Under the pieces are notes generated by a model, which was not told the DNA's origin, did no database searches, and saw nothing but the letters and a program-made list of their open reading frames with translations. A stretch of DNA of 64,000 nucleotides from Macrostomum lignano (taxonomy: Eukaryota): the NCBI GenBank assembly GCA_002269645.1, contig NIVC01000650.1, forward strand, positions 124,001-188,000, written 5' to 3'. The position numbers and the translations under genes were made by a program. Of the stretch, positions 36,237-48,652 are shown piece after piece (position 1 is the stretch's first letter; every line of letters starts with the position of its first letter).

Positions 36237-36616
36237 CGCAATTCAGGCAAGACTGAACTTAGGCCTAGGCCTATGTTATAATTTAATCTTATATAATCCC
36301 TAATTTTTAGTAGCCCTGCAAGACTAGCAAGCATGCAGGCACTGTAGGCGTGTTGCTTGAAACTAGGCCTAATCTAGAAACATTAAAAAGTTGTCATAAA
36401 TATTTTTTATGAATAACTAGGACAGGGGATCCTTAGTAAACACGAATATGCTTAAAAATCTGTTTTCCGGCTCTGGTATAAAATCTAGGCTTACTGGCTT
36501 GAGTCCTTTTTCCAGAACTCCGAGCTGCTCAAATTCTCAATATTCAAGCTTGATCCCCCTCGATCACGAGTTCGCTTAAAAAAGAGAAATCTGCTAACCT
36601 AAATCCCCAATATTTC

Positions 36617-36997
36617 GGGTCTCTCTAAAACACGCCCCGCACCGCCCTGCAGCGCTACACATTAAAACAAATTGGACTATAACTGAAGACACTAAAAAAT
36701 GCGTTTTCTGTTAAGCTTCAAAATTTTTATTAAATTTAGTTTTTTTAATTTGTAATATAAAATTTGGTGAATAATAAGCGATATTAATAATAATTATTAT
36801 TAAAATAATAATTTAATAATTTAATAGTGAAAACGAGAATATAAAAAATTATAATAATATGTATAATAATAATTAAATATATTTATTCCATTACTCTTAC
36901 AACAAATTTTTTTCCTTGCAATTAAATACTGCATTGACAAAAAATGTTATAATGTGTAGCGGTTCGGGGCGGTGCGGTGCGTGTTTTAGGGAGACCC
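36617..36997. mobile_element. MITE, ~50-bp TIR (GGGTCTC...GAGACCC), 8-bp TSD AATATTTC
   Basis: TSD at 36609-36616 and 36998-37005; AT-rich interior. Confidence 0.88.
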
Positions 36998-37584
36998 AAT
37001 ATTTCAACTCCCGGTCAAAGTACAAACGCATTAAAACATTTTGTGGTAGGATATTCTTTAGTATGTAGCCAAGAAAGTGATAATGGCTTAGATAAGATTT
37101 AATAGGATGACATAATAACATTTTGTACCCTAGGAATAAGGTTTATTTCTTATTAACTGCACGTACTTTACCTTGATTAAGTAAGCCTAATGTACATGCC
37201 ACTCGAAGTCATGGCCATCTGGATTATTGCAAGTCGGTTGCAAACTTCAGTAAAAACATGCCTCGGTGCGTGAGTTATATATAATACGTTGTGATTGTGT
37301 GAAAATACGACAATCGTAGCATTAAGTTGAGAGAACTGGGTCATGGGAACACAAAATTGGGAGAATCGATGATCCGATCAAGCGAGAGCGAAATGTTTCT
37401 TACATACATATATGTTTCTTCTTATCGATCGCTCTCGCTCTCACTCTCGTCTTCTTATATCTTTGAATTCGCTATTTTTTCTCTTAGGGGATTAGCGATA
37501 TTCCGTTTTTCAATTCTGTTCCTCGTAGCTCTCGTAGTATAGACTGTAGGTATAGTTAGTATCACAGAAATTGCGCGCTTGCAT

Positions 37585-37901
37585 TTTTTTTTAGAGGCAG
37601 TGGGGTTGTGTGCACCCTGGCGCACTTTAAGCCGACTCCCCTGAGCAGGCATACAAGCGCGCGGATACGTACGCAGGCACACACTCACACAGGAGTGTAC
37701 AGCGGCCCTAACTTTATATTATCGTTAGGCATGTACACTTCACTGCGCCTTGGGGGGTTGGCTCTCAAGGCCGTTAATTGCACGAGCAGAGCCAAGCCGA
37801 GATTCCAATTCAGCCCCAAATTAATGTGACTGCACTTGGAATCGAGCCTGGGTCGCTGGCACACCAGAGCAGCTGCGCTACCGCTGGGCTACGGCCCCCC
37901 T
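37585..37901 (-). mobile_element. tRNA-derived SINE, copy 2 (lacks an internal segment present in copy 1)
   Basis: Same A/B boxes and body as the copy at 14022. TSD GCGCGCTTGCAT at 37573-37584 and 37906-37917. Confidence 0.88.
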
Positions 37902-38359
37902 TTGCGCGCGCTTGCATGATTTTTGACAAAATTTCAGCAGCTTGCAAAGCTACCAATCATGGCGGCCAGCACCTTCCACAGCTGTGATCGAAGGCTCTTT
38001 CGCGCCTGGAAAGATATTTTAAGATCCAAAAAAGTTTCAAATATCATTTAACACACATGTACTAGCTGCAGCATATACATGTATACATGTAGCGTCTTTA
38101 GACAGAATGCTGATCGAAGACAGCGACTAAAATTTTGTGCAATAATTGGGCAATAATAGTGTCTTTATAATTTATGTAAATCTTTGCCGAGTCCGCGAGG
38201 AAGCGCGGACCCACCAGTCGAGCTTATACTGATTGCTCTCAGCTGTATTGACTTTAGGAAGCCTTTAATTTCCACTCGGTTGTGAGGACCCTGCTCCTCA
38301 AGGTGCTTCGTGCGTACAACGTGCCAGAGCATCTGATTTCCGCTGTCATGGCGCTGTAT

Positions 38360-38407
38360 CCAAGGACTATACTTAAGTAGATATACAGATTACTCAGTCG
38401 TCCTTGG
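38360..38407. mobile_element. 48-bp micro-element, TIR CCAAGGAC/GTCCTTGG, 6-bp TSD CTGTAT
   Basis: TSD at 38354-38359 and 38408-38413; interrupts the LINE. Confidence 0.8.
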
Positions 38408-38741
38408 CTGTATAATAGTACGAACGCTATAGCTGCTGTGCTATGGACGGCCTGTCGGATTTCTTTGAAACATCCTCTGGGGTGCTTTAGGAGATACGCT
38501 TGAGCCGTTCCGATCGTTCTGGTGCTTGACTGGGTGCTGCGGGCTGCTCTCCCTTCTTACGATGACGGCGATTCCTGCTGCAGAAATGCCTGGGTCGACG
38601 CCAACCGGAGAGTCGGCTCAGCGTGCTTGGCTACGACGATCTCGCCCTGCTATCTTCGACCGTCGGGGGCGCCCAGCGCCAGCTGGTCTGGCTAGTGAGC
38701 GTTGTTGCAAGCGTCGGCCTGGTGGTCAACACGCAGAAGAC

Positions 38742-38790
38742 CCAAGGACGACTAAAGTAACGTATATACATGTACTTAAGTAGTCCTTGA
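38742..38790. mobile_element. 49-bp micro-element (same family, opposite orientation), 6-bp TSD GAAGAC
   Basis: TSD at 38736-38741 and 38791-38796; resembles the reverse complement of the 38360 copy. Confidence 0.8.
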
Positions 38791-39542
38791 GAAGACGATC
38801 GTGCTCTGCGTGCCGGAAGACATCGAGGCTGCAATTTTCTGCCGAGGCGCTAGTGGGCAGGTGACGAAGCTTCCGTGCTGTCAACAGTTCGTCTACCGTT
38901 CTGACGGTACCGGTGTCTGACGTTCGCGAGGACCTAGTTGCAACCTCGCCGTGAACTTCCCTGGGCTGCCTTCCGTTCCGCGAGGCTTGTCCTGCAGTCC
39001 GAGGCCCTGCCCGACCGCCAAAGTTTCCGGCGGTGATCGAGACCGTCCTGTTGTACAACGCCGAGACCTGGATGCTGACGGATGCGCTCGAACAGCTGGT
39101 CGATGCGGCGCACGCTGGCCTGCTGCGTGCCAGCTTCAAGATCGGCTACGAGCGAGTCACCAATGCGGCACTCGATCGCTGCACCGGCCTGTCTCGTCCC
39201 AGCGAACTGTTGCGCCGTCGGCGACTCCAGCTGACAGGCCACTTCATCCGAGCCGAGTCGTACTGCCCGCAGCCGGTGCAGGAGTTGCTGCTGCTGACGC
39301 TGCAGGCACCCTACCGGCGGGGGTAGGCCCGCATTCGGCGTTTCGTCGACTGCCTGCTGGCTGATGCCGGCGCCCCGGACACTGCCGGCGGTGCTGCCTA
39401 AGTTCGCGCCCAGGCCTTGAAACGTGCCCTGTGAGGTTGTCTGTTGACTGACTGACAACGTATTTTGTTGTTGTTGGTGTTGTGCTAGCTATAATTGAGC
39501 TTCGGTCTTTTAAGCACTATATAGCCGCCGTCAGTATATATA

Positions 39543-40128
39543 CTGTCCGTCAAAAGTTCCGGAACCCTTGCTACGATGTCTTCTAGCGGACATAATTTCA
39601 GTCCGTTTCAATTGTAACTTGATTCAAATGAAAGCTGCGGATCTCAGCTCCATGATGTGGTCAAGAAAAAGTTTATTTGAAGGAGCGCGTGTGAACAGGC
39701 CAGTGTTATGTACATAAAGGTTAGAGAAAAAAGTGAGGAAAAGACAAACAAGCAATTGACTCTCCCATGAAAGCTGACTGCACAAGAATCCATAAGAGCC
39801 TGTTGATTTCAACACAAGTTTTGGCCATAGACTAATGTTAGCCAGGCTGAACACTGCGCGCAAACCGATTCCTTCCCATGTGTGTTTGCTCCATAGACCC
39901 AGCAACCATAGACAATTGCTTGTTTGTCTTTTCCTCACTTTTTTCTCTAACCTTTATGTACATAACACTGGCCTGTTCACACGCGCTCCTTCGAATAAAC
40001 TTTTTCTTGAACACATCATGGAGCTGAGATCCGCAGCTTTCATTTGAATCAAGTTACAATTGAAACGGACTGAAATTATGTCCGCTAGAAGACATCGTAG
40101 CAAGGGTTCCGGAACTTTTGACGGACAG
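39543..40128. mobile_element. Tc1/mariner-type MITE, 586 bp, 216-bp near-perfect TIRs, TA TSD
   Basis: 39543-39758 is the inverse of 39913-40128 with very few mismatches; flanked by TA on both sides. Confidence 0.92.
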
Positions 40129-40779
40129 TATATAAGACGTGTAAATATAGACGTAAATGAGATGTGTTAATAGTCTTATGGAATGAATTAAATTGGTCTT
40201 GTTCTCTTTCTTCATTTCTTAAAATGCGATTTTTAAGGAATGAATAAAAAACTGATAAAATTTAGCGAACTTTAAGCGGATTTGCAGTACTTCTTCTGCA
40301 GTAGCTTTTTGACCAAAAATACATGCACATGTACTGTATGTATAAAAAACTTTTATTCTGAGGTGTGAGATTCAATTCTGATAGCTTGGCTACTATTGAG
40401 CAGAGCCGATCTCAAACGCTGATAATGAATGCATTAAGTCTTGTGCTATTGGTTTTGGGATTTTTGTGTTAAATTATTGTAACAGCTCTTGATTGGCGCT
40501 TGTTTGAGGAAACTCGGAAGATTTGTTACCCACAGGTTCTTGACTGCCTAATATATGTACTGTACGCCGATGGGAATACAGAGGTCAATTAAAACTAATG
40601 TAACGCGCGATTTTCCATAAATAACTTCTTCAGAATTCAAAATCCATACACATATATTAAAACGACCCGTTAAATTGCGTTATTAGCTAATATCCAACAA
40701 TATCCGTGTAAGAGTCCCAGCAAGGCAACACAACTCGGCCTATAACCCATCAAAGTGACGATCGTTGAGTTTTCGGCAG

Positions 40780-40870
40780 CAGCTACACTTACCAGCGAGG
40801 ACAGCCGCGCATTCGGCGTTTTATCGACTGTCTGCTGCTGAGACGCCGCCACCTCCCGAGATTCGTTTGG
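40780..40870 (+). mobile_element. Second short 3' fragment of the same RTE-like family
   Basis: CCGCGCATTCGGCGTTTTATCGACTGTCTGCTG matches CCCGCATTCGGCGTTTCGTCGACTGCCTGCTG at ~39330. Confidence 0.65.
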
Positions 40871-41514
40871 GCCCAGTGACGCTGCAATTTATCTCCTATA
40901 TACTAAAAATGTGATGTCTATATATATATATGTGATAGATTAGAGAAAAAATGGCTGGACCGATTTTGTTCGAACTTGCACTGTTCGATCAGAAATTTTC
41001 CCGTGACGGTACATGCATCGTGGCTAAGAAATTGCTCGATGCTAAAGGCATTAAATATTCGAAAAACATGCTTTTTTGCAAAGGTCAAGCAAACTTTTTG
41101 ACTTGAAATGCATTGTAAGAATGCTAGAGAAAAAACTGACTGGTTGAATTCTGACTCTGAAATAGATTGCATCATAACTGAATTGTAACTCCGACTTGAA
41201 TTGAAAATGCAGTGTGGAAGCGTAGCACCAGACTTGATTTAAATTGCGTAACCATATTGTTAACTGATACTGACTGACTGAGAAACTAATTATGTCATAA
41301 CTGCTTCGTGTGATTTACTCTATGCTTGGATTTAAAGTGTTGAGTTATATAAGTGCAAAAGTTGATGTTATCAAAACGATGAGAGCTAGCCTAAAGGTGA
41401 ACAAACTGAACTGCTAAATGCAGTGACGATGGTTTGAATTTTCGATGGTTTGAATTTGAGTATAATTTTTTTAATTAAAGCTTTTCAATGTCAGGAAAAC
41501 TAAAAGACTTTTTA

Positions 41515-44500
41515 AAAAGAAGCGTCATATAAAAATCGTAGAAGCGTCATGTAAACAATCATAAAAGCGTCATGTAAAAAATCGTAGAAGCGTCATGTAA
41601 AAAATCTTAGAAGCGTCATGTAAACAATCATAGAAGCGTCATGTAAAAAATCGTAGAAGCGTCATGTAAAAAATCTTAGAAGCGTCATGTAAACAATCAT
41701 AGAAGCGTCATGTAAAAATCATAGAAGCGTCATGTAAAAAATCGTAGAAGCGTCATGTAAAAAATCGTAGAAGCGTCATGTAAAAAATCGTAGAAGCGTC
41801 ATGTAAAAAATCTTAGAAGCGTCATGTTAACAATCATAGAAGCGTCATGTAAACAATCATAGAAGCGTCATGTAAACAATCATAGAAGCGTCATGTAAAA
41901 AATCATAGAAGCGTCATATAAAAATCGTAGAAGCGTCATGTAAACAATCATAGAAGCGTCATGTAAAAAATCATAGAAGCGTCATCTAAACAATCATAGA
42001 AGCGTCATGTAAACAATCATAGAAGCGTCATGTTAACAATCATAGAAGCGTCATGTAAACAATCATAGAAGCGTCATGTAAAAAATCATAGAAGCGTCAT
42101 GTAAAAAATCATAGAAGCGTCATACAAAAATCGTAGAAGCGTCATGTAAACAATCATAAAAGCGTCATGTAAAAAATCGTAGAAGCGTCATGTAAAAAAT
42201 CGTAGAAGCGTCATGTAAAAATCATAGAAGCGTCATGTAAACAATCATAGAAGCGTCATGTAAACAATCATAGAAGCGTCATGTAAAAATCATAGAAGCG
42301 TCATGTAAAAATCATAGAAGCGTCATGTAAAAATCATAGAAGCGTCATGTAAAAATCATAGAAGCGTCATGTAAACAATCATAGAAGCGTCATGTAAAAA
42401 ATCATAGAAGCGTCATGTAAACAATCATAGAAGCGTCATGTAAAAATCATAGAAGCGTCATGTAAAAAATCATAGAAGCGTCATATAAAAATCGTAGAAG
42501 CGTCATGTAAACAATCATAGAAGCGTCATGTAAAAAATCATAGAAGCGTCATGTAAACAATCATAGAAGCGTCATGTAAAAATCATAGAAGCGTCATGTA
42601 AAAATCATAGAAGCGTCATATAAAAATCGTAGAAGCGTCATGTAAACAATCATAGAAGCGTCATGTAAAAAATCATAGAAGCGTCATGTAAAAATCATAG
42701 AAGCGTCATGTAAAAAATCATAGAAGCGTCATGTAAACAATCATAGAAGCGTCATGTAAACAATCATAGAAGCGTCATGTAAAAAATCATAGAAGCGTCA
42801 TAAAAAATCGTAGAAGCGTCATGTAAAAAATCATAGAAGCGTCATGTAAAAATCGTAGAAGCGTCATGTAAACAATCATAGAAGCGTCATGTAAAAAATC
42901 GTAGAAGCGTCATGTAAAAAATCATAGAAGCGTCATATAAAAATCGTAGAAGCGTCATGTAAACAATCATAGAAGCGTCATGTAAAAATCGTAGAAGCGT
43001 CATGTAAAAAATCATAGAAGCGTCATGTAAACAATCATAGAAGCGTCATGTAAAAATCATAGAAGCGTCATGTAAACAATCATAGAAGCGTCATGTAAAA
43101 AATCATAGAAGCGTCATGTAAGCAATCATAGAAGCGTCATGTAAAAATCGTAGAAGCGTCATGTAAACAATCATAGAAGCGTCATGTAAAAAATCATAGA
43201 AGCGTCATGTAAACAATCATAGAAGCGTCATGTAAACAATCGTAGAAGCGTCATGTAAACAATCATAGAAGCGTCATGTAAAAAATCATAGAAGCGTCAT
43301 GTAAAAAATCATAGAAGCGTCATGTAAACAATCGTAGAAGCGTCATGTAAACAATCATAGAAGCGTCATGTAAAAATCGTAGAAGCGTCATGTAAAAAAT
43401 CTAGAAGCGTCATGTAAACAATCATAGAAGCGTCATGTAAAAATCATAGAAGCGTCATGTAAACAATCATAGAAGCGTCATGTAAAAAATCTAGAAGCGT
43501 CATGTAAAAAATCATAGAAGCGTCATGTAAACAATCATAGAAGCGTCATGTAAAAAATCATAGAAGCGTCATGTAAACAATCATAGAAGCGTCATGTAAA
43601 AAATCATAGAAGCGTCATGTAAACAATCATAGAAGCGTCATGTAAAAAATCATAGAAGCGTCATGTAAACAATCATAGAAGCGTCATGTAAAAAATCATA
43701 GAAGCGTCATGTAAACAATCATAGAAGCGTCATGTAAAAAATCATAGAAGCGTCATGTAAACAATCATAGAAGCGTCATGTAAAAAATCATAGAAGCGTC
43801 ATGTAAACAATCATAGAAGCGTCATGTAAAAAATCATAGAAGCGTCATGTAAACAATCATAGAAGCGTCATGTAAAAATCATAGAAGCGTCATGTAAACA
43901 ATCATAGAAGCGTCATGTAAAAATCGTAGAAGCGTCATGTAAACAATCATAGAAGCGTCATGTAAACAATCATAGAAGCGTCATGTAAACAATCATAGAA
44001 GCGTCATGTAAAAATCGTAGAAGCGTCATGTAAACAATCATAGAAGCGTCATATAAAAATCGTAGAAGCGTCATGTAAAAAATCATAGAAGCGTCATGTA
44101 AAAATCATAGAAGCGTCATGTAAACAATCATAGAAGCGTCATATAAAAATCGTAGAAGCGTCATGTAAAAAATCATAGAAGCGTCATATAAAAATCGTAG
44201 AAGCGTCATGTAAACAATCATAGAAGCGTCATGTAAAAAATCATAGAAGCGTCATGTAAAAAATCATAGAAGCGTCATGTAAACAATCATAGAAGCGTCA
44301 TGTAAACAATCATAGAAGCGTCATGTAAAAATCATAGAAGCGTCATGTAAAAAATCTAGAAGCGTCATGTAAACAATCATAGAAGCGTCATGTAAAAATC
44401 ATAGAAGCGTCATGTAAACAATCATAGAAGCGTCATGTAAAAATCTAGAAGCGTCATGTAAAAATCATAGAAGCGTCATGTAAACAATCATAGAAGCGTC

Positions 44501-45050
44501 ATGTAAAAAATCATAGAAGCGTCATGTAAACAATCATAGAAGCGTCATGTAAAAATCATAGAAGCGTCATGTAAACAATCATAGAAGCGTCATGTAAAAA
44601 ATCATAGAAGCGTCATGTAAACAATCATAGAAGCGTCATGTAAAAAATCATAGAAGCGTCATGTAAACAATCATAGAAGCGTCATGTAAAAAATCAGAAG
44701 CGTCATGTAAACAATCATAGAAGCGTCATGTAAAAATCATAGAAGCGTCATAAACAATCATAGAAGCGTCATGTAAAAAATCATAGAAGCGTCATGAAGA
44801 AGCGTCATGTAAAAAATCAGAAGCGTCATGTAAACAATCATAGAAGCGTCATGTAAAAAATCGTAGAGGCGTCATGTAAACAATCATAGAAGCGTCATGT
44901 AAACAATCATAGAAGCGTCATGCAAACAATCATAGAAGCGTCATGTAAAAAATCATAGAAGCGTCATGTAAACAATCATAGAAGCGTCATGTAAAAAATC
45001 ATAGAAGCGTCATGTAAAAATCATAGAAGCGTCAAGAAAAAATCATAGAA
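41515..45050. repeat. 22-23 bp satellite (AGAAGCGTCATGTAAA(A/C)AATCAT), ~3.5 kb
   Basis: Longest array in the window. Confidence 0.98.
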
Positions 45051-45949
45051 GCCTCATTTAAAAACTAATGAAAATGTCATTTAAAAAATTAAGAAGCGTC
45101 ACGGTAGAATAAAAGAAACGTCATGTCAGACATGAAGGGTTCATGTAAAAATTAAATGCAACTATAATGCTGTGCTGGGGAGAAAAACTGAGACGTCAAG
45201 GCTCTCAGAGAATAACTGAGATTACGGGGGGGGGGTTTCTGAGATGTCAAAGCAAAAGTCAGAAGCTACTTCAAAGTTCATGTACTTTACTCCATTTTTT
45301 TATTGCATTCTTTGTTGGCTCGTCACGGGGGGGCGCTGATAGAAGAAAAGTCATGTAAAAAATAAAAGTAGCACTATGTATACATAAAAGAAAAGTCATG
45401 TCGAAGTTAAAAGATTCATTTGGGAATTGCTACGATGTCAAAGCTTGGTGGAAATCGTTATAGTGCTGTGATTCTTAAAGAAAGAATCACTAAAATGTTA
45501 AGGCTTAGGGGAGAAGAATTGCTGAGATTTCAAGGCTTTAGGTTGGGTTAAAGTTAGGTTTAGGTCAGGTGTGGGTTGAGGGTTATATTTTATCGGGTTA
45601 ACAGGGGATTTTTTAGATTTCAAGGTTTATGGGGGCCATTGCTGACATGTCAAGGCTTACGGGGGGAATAGCTGAGATGTCAAGGCTCACGGGGGTATAA
45701 ATGAGATTTCAAGGCTAAAGTCAGAAGCTACATGTAGTTTATTGAAAACTTTTTATTACATTATTTGATGCCTCCTCAGGGGAGGGATCGCTGATAAAAA
45801 AGCGTAATGTAAAAAATAAAAGAAGCTTCATGTCGAAGTTAAGAGATTCATTTGGGAATCCCTACGATGTTGAGGCTTGCAAGGAATCGCTATAAGGCTG
45901 TAGTAGTGCTATAATGACTCTTAGGGAGAATTACTGAAATTTCAATGCT

Positions 45950-46010
45950 TTAGGGTTAGGTTAGGGTTAGGGTTAGGGTTAGGGTTAGGGTTAGGCTAGG
46001 GTTAGGGTTA
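45950..46010 (+). repeat. Interstitial telomere-like (TTAGGG)n
   Basis: About 9 partly imperfect TTAGGG units; a degenerate counterpart lies at ~45540-45590. Confidence 0.85.
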
Positions 46011-46321
46011 GAAGGTTGACAGATATTTTTAGATTTCCAAGGCTTATTGGGGGCATTGCTGAGATGTCAAGGGGGGAAGTTGATATGTTAAAGCTTGTGG
46101 GGGGGATAACTGACATGTCAAGGCTTACAAGGTTTGACAGGAGATTTTTTAAGATTTCAAGGATACATGTAGCTTATTAAAAAAACGTGTATTGCATTTC
46201 TTTGGCTCCCCAACGGGGGGCGTAGATTGCTAGTTTTAACTAAATACCTCTGACGGCGTACATAATTTTTTATTGTTGTGAGTTATAAGTAGTATTACAC
46301 TCGTATGTGAGCAACAATATA

Positions 46322-47454
46322 ATGGAGCAACAAAATGGAAATGGCACATCATCAACTACTAAAAACTATCATGACATCGAGATCGAAATGTTTAGCCTGA
46401 TGGGTCTGCTCAAAGATTGCCTGGCTGACAAGAGAGCTGCTTGCATCGCATCGACACTGGCTGGAGCAGTCTATGGCTGCATCCTACCTGTTGTGATGGT
46501 GTTTAGCCTCCTAGGCAACGGTCTGGTTGGATACGTGACGCTCATTCGCCAGAGGCCGCTCACGAGGCAGAACACCTACTTTGGCTGCATCGCTCTGGCC
46601 GACGCTGCCACCGTGACAGGCCTAGGACTGATCGCGCTCTTCCTACCCAAAGGCCTGCCCTGGCTGAGCGGAGGCAAATACGGATTCATTCTGTACAATC
46701 AACAGCTGTGGGGCTGCAAGCAGCACTTTTTCATTGCCGGTATGGGCCAGGTCCTACCTGCCGCTCTTCTCCTGGCCATGGTGGCGGATCGGGCCTTGTC
46801 GATGGCTGCTCCATTCCGATTTCATCGCTTCGGTCCAAAGTTCGCGGTCAAGACAATGCTGACCGCTGGACTGTTTGCCCTGCTTTTGTCATGTCCGCAG
46901 ATGCTCTTTAGCAAGCAGGCTCGATTCCCGGACGGGTCTGGTCACGTGCTTGTTGGCTGCGTGCCATATCGGACGGCAGCTTTGCGGAGCAGTTCTACTG
47001 GAACATGGCTTGCAGCCCGCCAACACTGCTGCTGCTGCTCATCCTGATGTTCAACTTAAACCTTTTGATTGGCATGTTTCGAGTGAGACGCGAACGCAGC
47101 CAAGCTCTATCCACCGGTATCGGATTGAGCGACCGCCTCAAGCAAGACGCCACGAGACTGCGCGCTACAAAGATTGTTCTTGTCCTGTCAACGGTGACTT
47201 TGCTGTCGAATCTGCCTTCACTGCCCATGGAATGGAGCCTGTTCTTCCTGAACAGAACCCAGGAATCCGTGCCCATCCTACTCGAGATGGTGTTCGTGGT
47301 CAAGGCTCTGGCAATGGCGAATCAGGCCTGCAATGTCCTGGTGATGCTGCACCAAAGTCGCAGCTTTCGGCAGTCAGTTGTGGAACTGCTTTCGTGTGTC
47401 AATAGGACAGAGCGTCCGGACGGGCAGAGGTCTGCTACACCGGCCACTGCGTGA
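46322..47454 (+). CDS. Rhodopsin-class (peptide receptor-like) GPCR, intronless, with a 1-nt frameshift near 46965
   Basis: ORF1 46307-47047 carries TM1 (LLGNGLV), TM2 (IALADA), TM3 (ADRALSM) and TM4. ORF2 to 47454 carries TM5 (PPTLLLLLILMFN), TM6 (ATKIVL..NLP) and TM7 (NQACNVLVMLHQSRSFRQ). The frames join if one base is added at GTGCC/ATA. Confidence 0.85.
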
Positions 47455-48263
47455 CAAGGGAAATTCTGAAGAATCTTTGACTCCCTTCTGGAGCGGATTC
47501 AATAAAGTTTCTTTGGTAAACATAATCCATCAAGCGAGGGTCGGATTTTTAAATCGCTGATCTATCCGTGAAATCAAAAGGCAAAATATCGATCTTAAAA
47601 ATCATTGAGAAGCTGGCATGACGGAAACACTCGTCACGCATGAGTGCATCTTCAAGCTCGCGATATTCAAGTTTAATTTTAGCAAACCAATGAGCAAATA
47701 TATTTTTTTGACAGACGCTTTGATATCTTGCATACCCGTCAGATCCAAAGGCGTTCAGCAGATTATTAAGCACCGTCACTTCGCTGTTTTCCTGTTAACT
47801 CGTTAGAAGTTCTCATCCATCAACTGTCGTGGTTATAATAGGAAACGTTAAGCCACAGAATATTGGTTAGAATGTTTGGAAAGTTTCGAATTGCAAAGTC
47901 ACTTTATGTGAGAACTTAAGTCAAGCCAGTCAGCTTATTAACATAAACCTAACAACATGCACCCAGCAACATAAATTCAGCAGCATATATGTACACTCAG
48001 CAACATGCACTCACCAACATACACACAGCAACCTATCAGATTTTCAGTGAAAGTGATGTACATGTATTGTGGCTCGTATAAATTCAAACCAAATCACGAC
48101 CCTAAAGAGCTTTCTACGCTACAACAATCGTGCTGACTGAAAGATTGACTGAAAAGAGGGAAAAGTGAACACCAGAGTTTGCATCAGAGAAGTGTTTGAA
48201 AGTATAAGGGGAGAGGTTATTATTGTTAAATAACCATTGCATTACGAGTGAAGCACTTGCTAT

Positions 48264-48456
48264 GGGCCGTATGCAGAAAGCTCTGTCTATAGGGTAGTCC
48301 GGTCTTCAAAAGCTAGTCTAGACTTGGATTTGGTATGCAAACACAAAGTTAGACCAGTCTACTATAGCAGAACTAGGCTAGCTAGACCATAGACTATAGA
48401 CTGAACTACCCAAGTCCGGACTAGCTAGTCTGGACTAGGCTTTCTGCATACGGCCC
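48264..48456. mobile_element. Small MITE, 18-bp TIR GGGCCGTATGCAGAAAGC
   Basis: Perfect TIR; interior rich in CTAG palindromes; TSD not evident. Confidence 0.75.
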
Positions 48457-48652
48457 AAAGAGTAAAGACTATAAAATACAGAAACAGGTAAAATACGGCT
48501 TCCTCTGCATGCAGCAAAAAACAAACAATTTATTCGTTTTGTTATTCATTGGCAACTTAATTATGCCGTAATAATACTCGGTTTTGGCTATTAACAACAG
48601 ATTAATAAGTAGTTTAACAGAACACTTAAAAGACATGTTCATGTATTCAATA

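Larger units (their letters stand above)
38280..39440 (+). mobile_element. Decayed non-LTR retrotransposon (RTE-like) reverse transcriptase 3' fragment
   Basis: Frameshifted motifs KVLRAYNVPEHLISAVMALY, SGVL*GDTL, GY-DDLALL (YADD), GLVVNTQKT and IETVLLYNAETW..RRRRLQLTGHFIRA. Confidence 0.85.

Noticed and set aside
41515-45050. CRISPR-like interpretation of this and other arrays
   Set aside because: No unique spacers, no cas genes, eukaryotic context.
45950-46010. True chromosome end
   Set aside because: Only ~60 bp, imperfect, and followed by genes.
47549-47779. 76-aa minus-strand ORF (LEYRELEDALMRDECF)
   Set aside because: No recognisable motif or convincing splice partners; could be UTR or a relic. 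A BLASTx search would decide.
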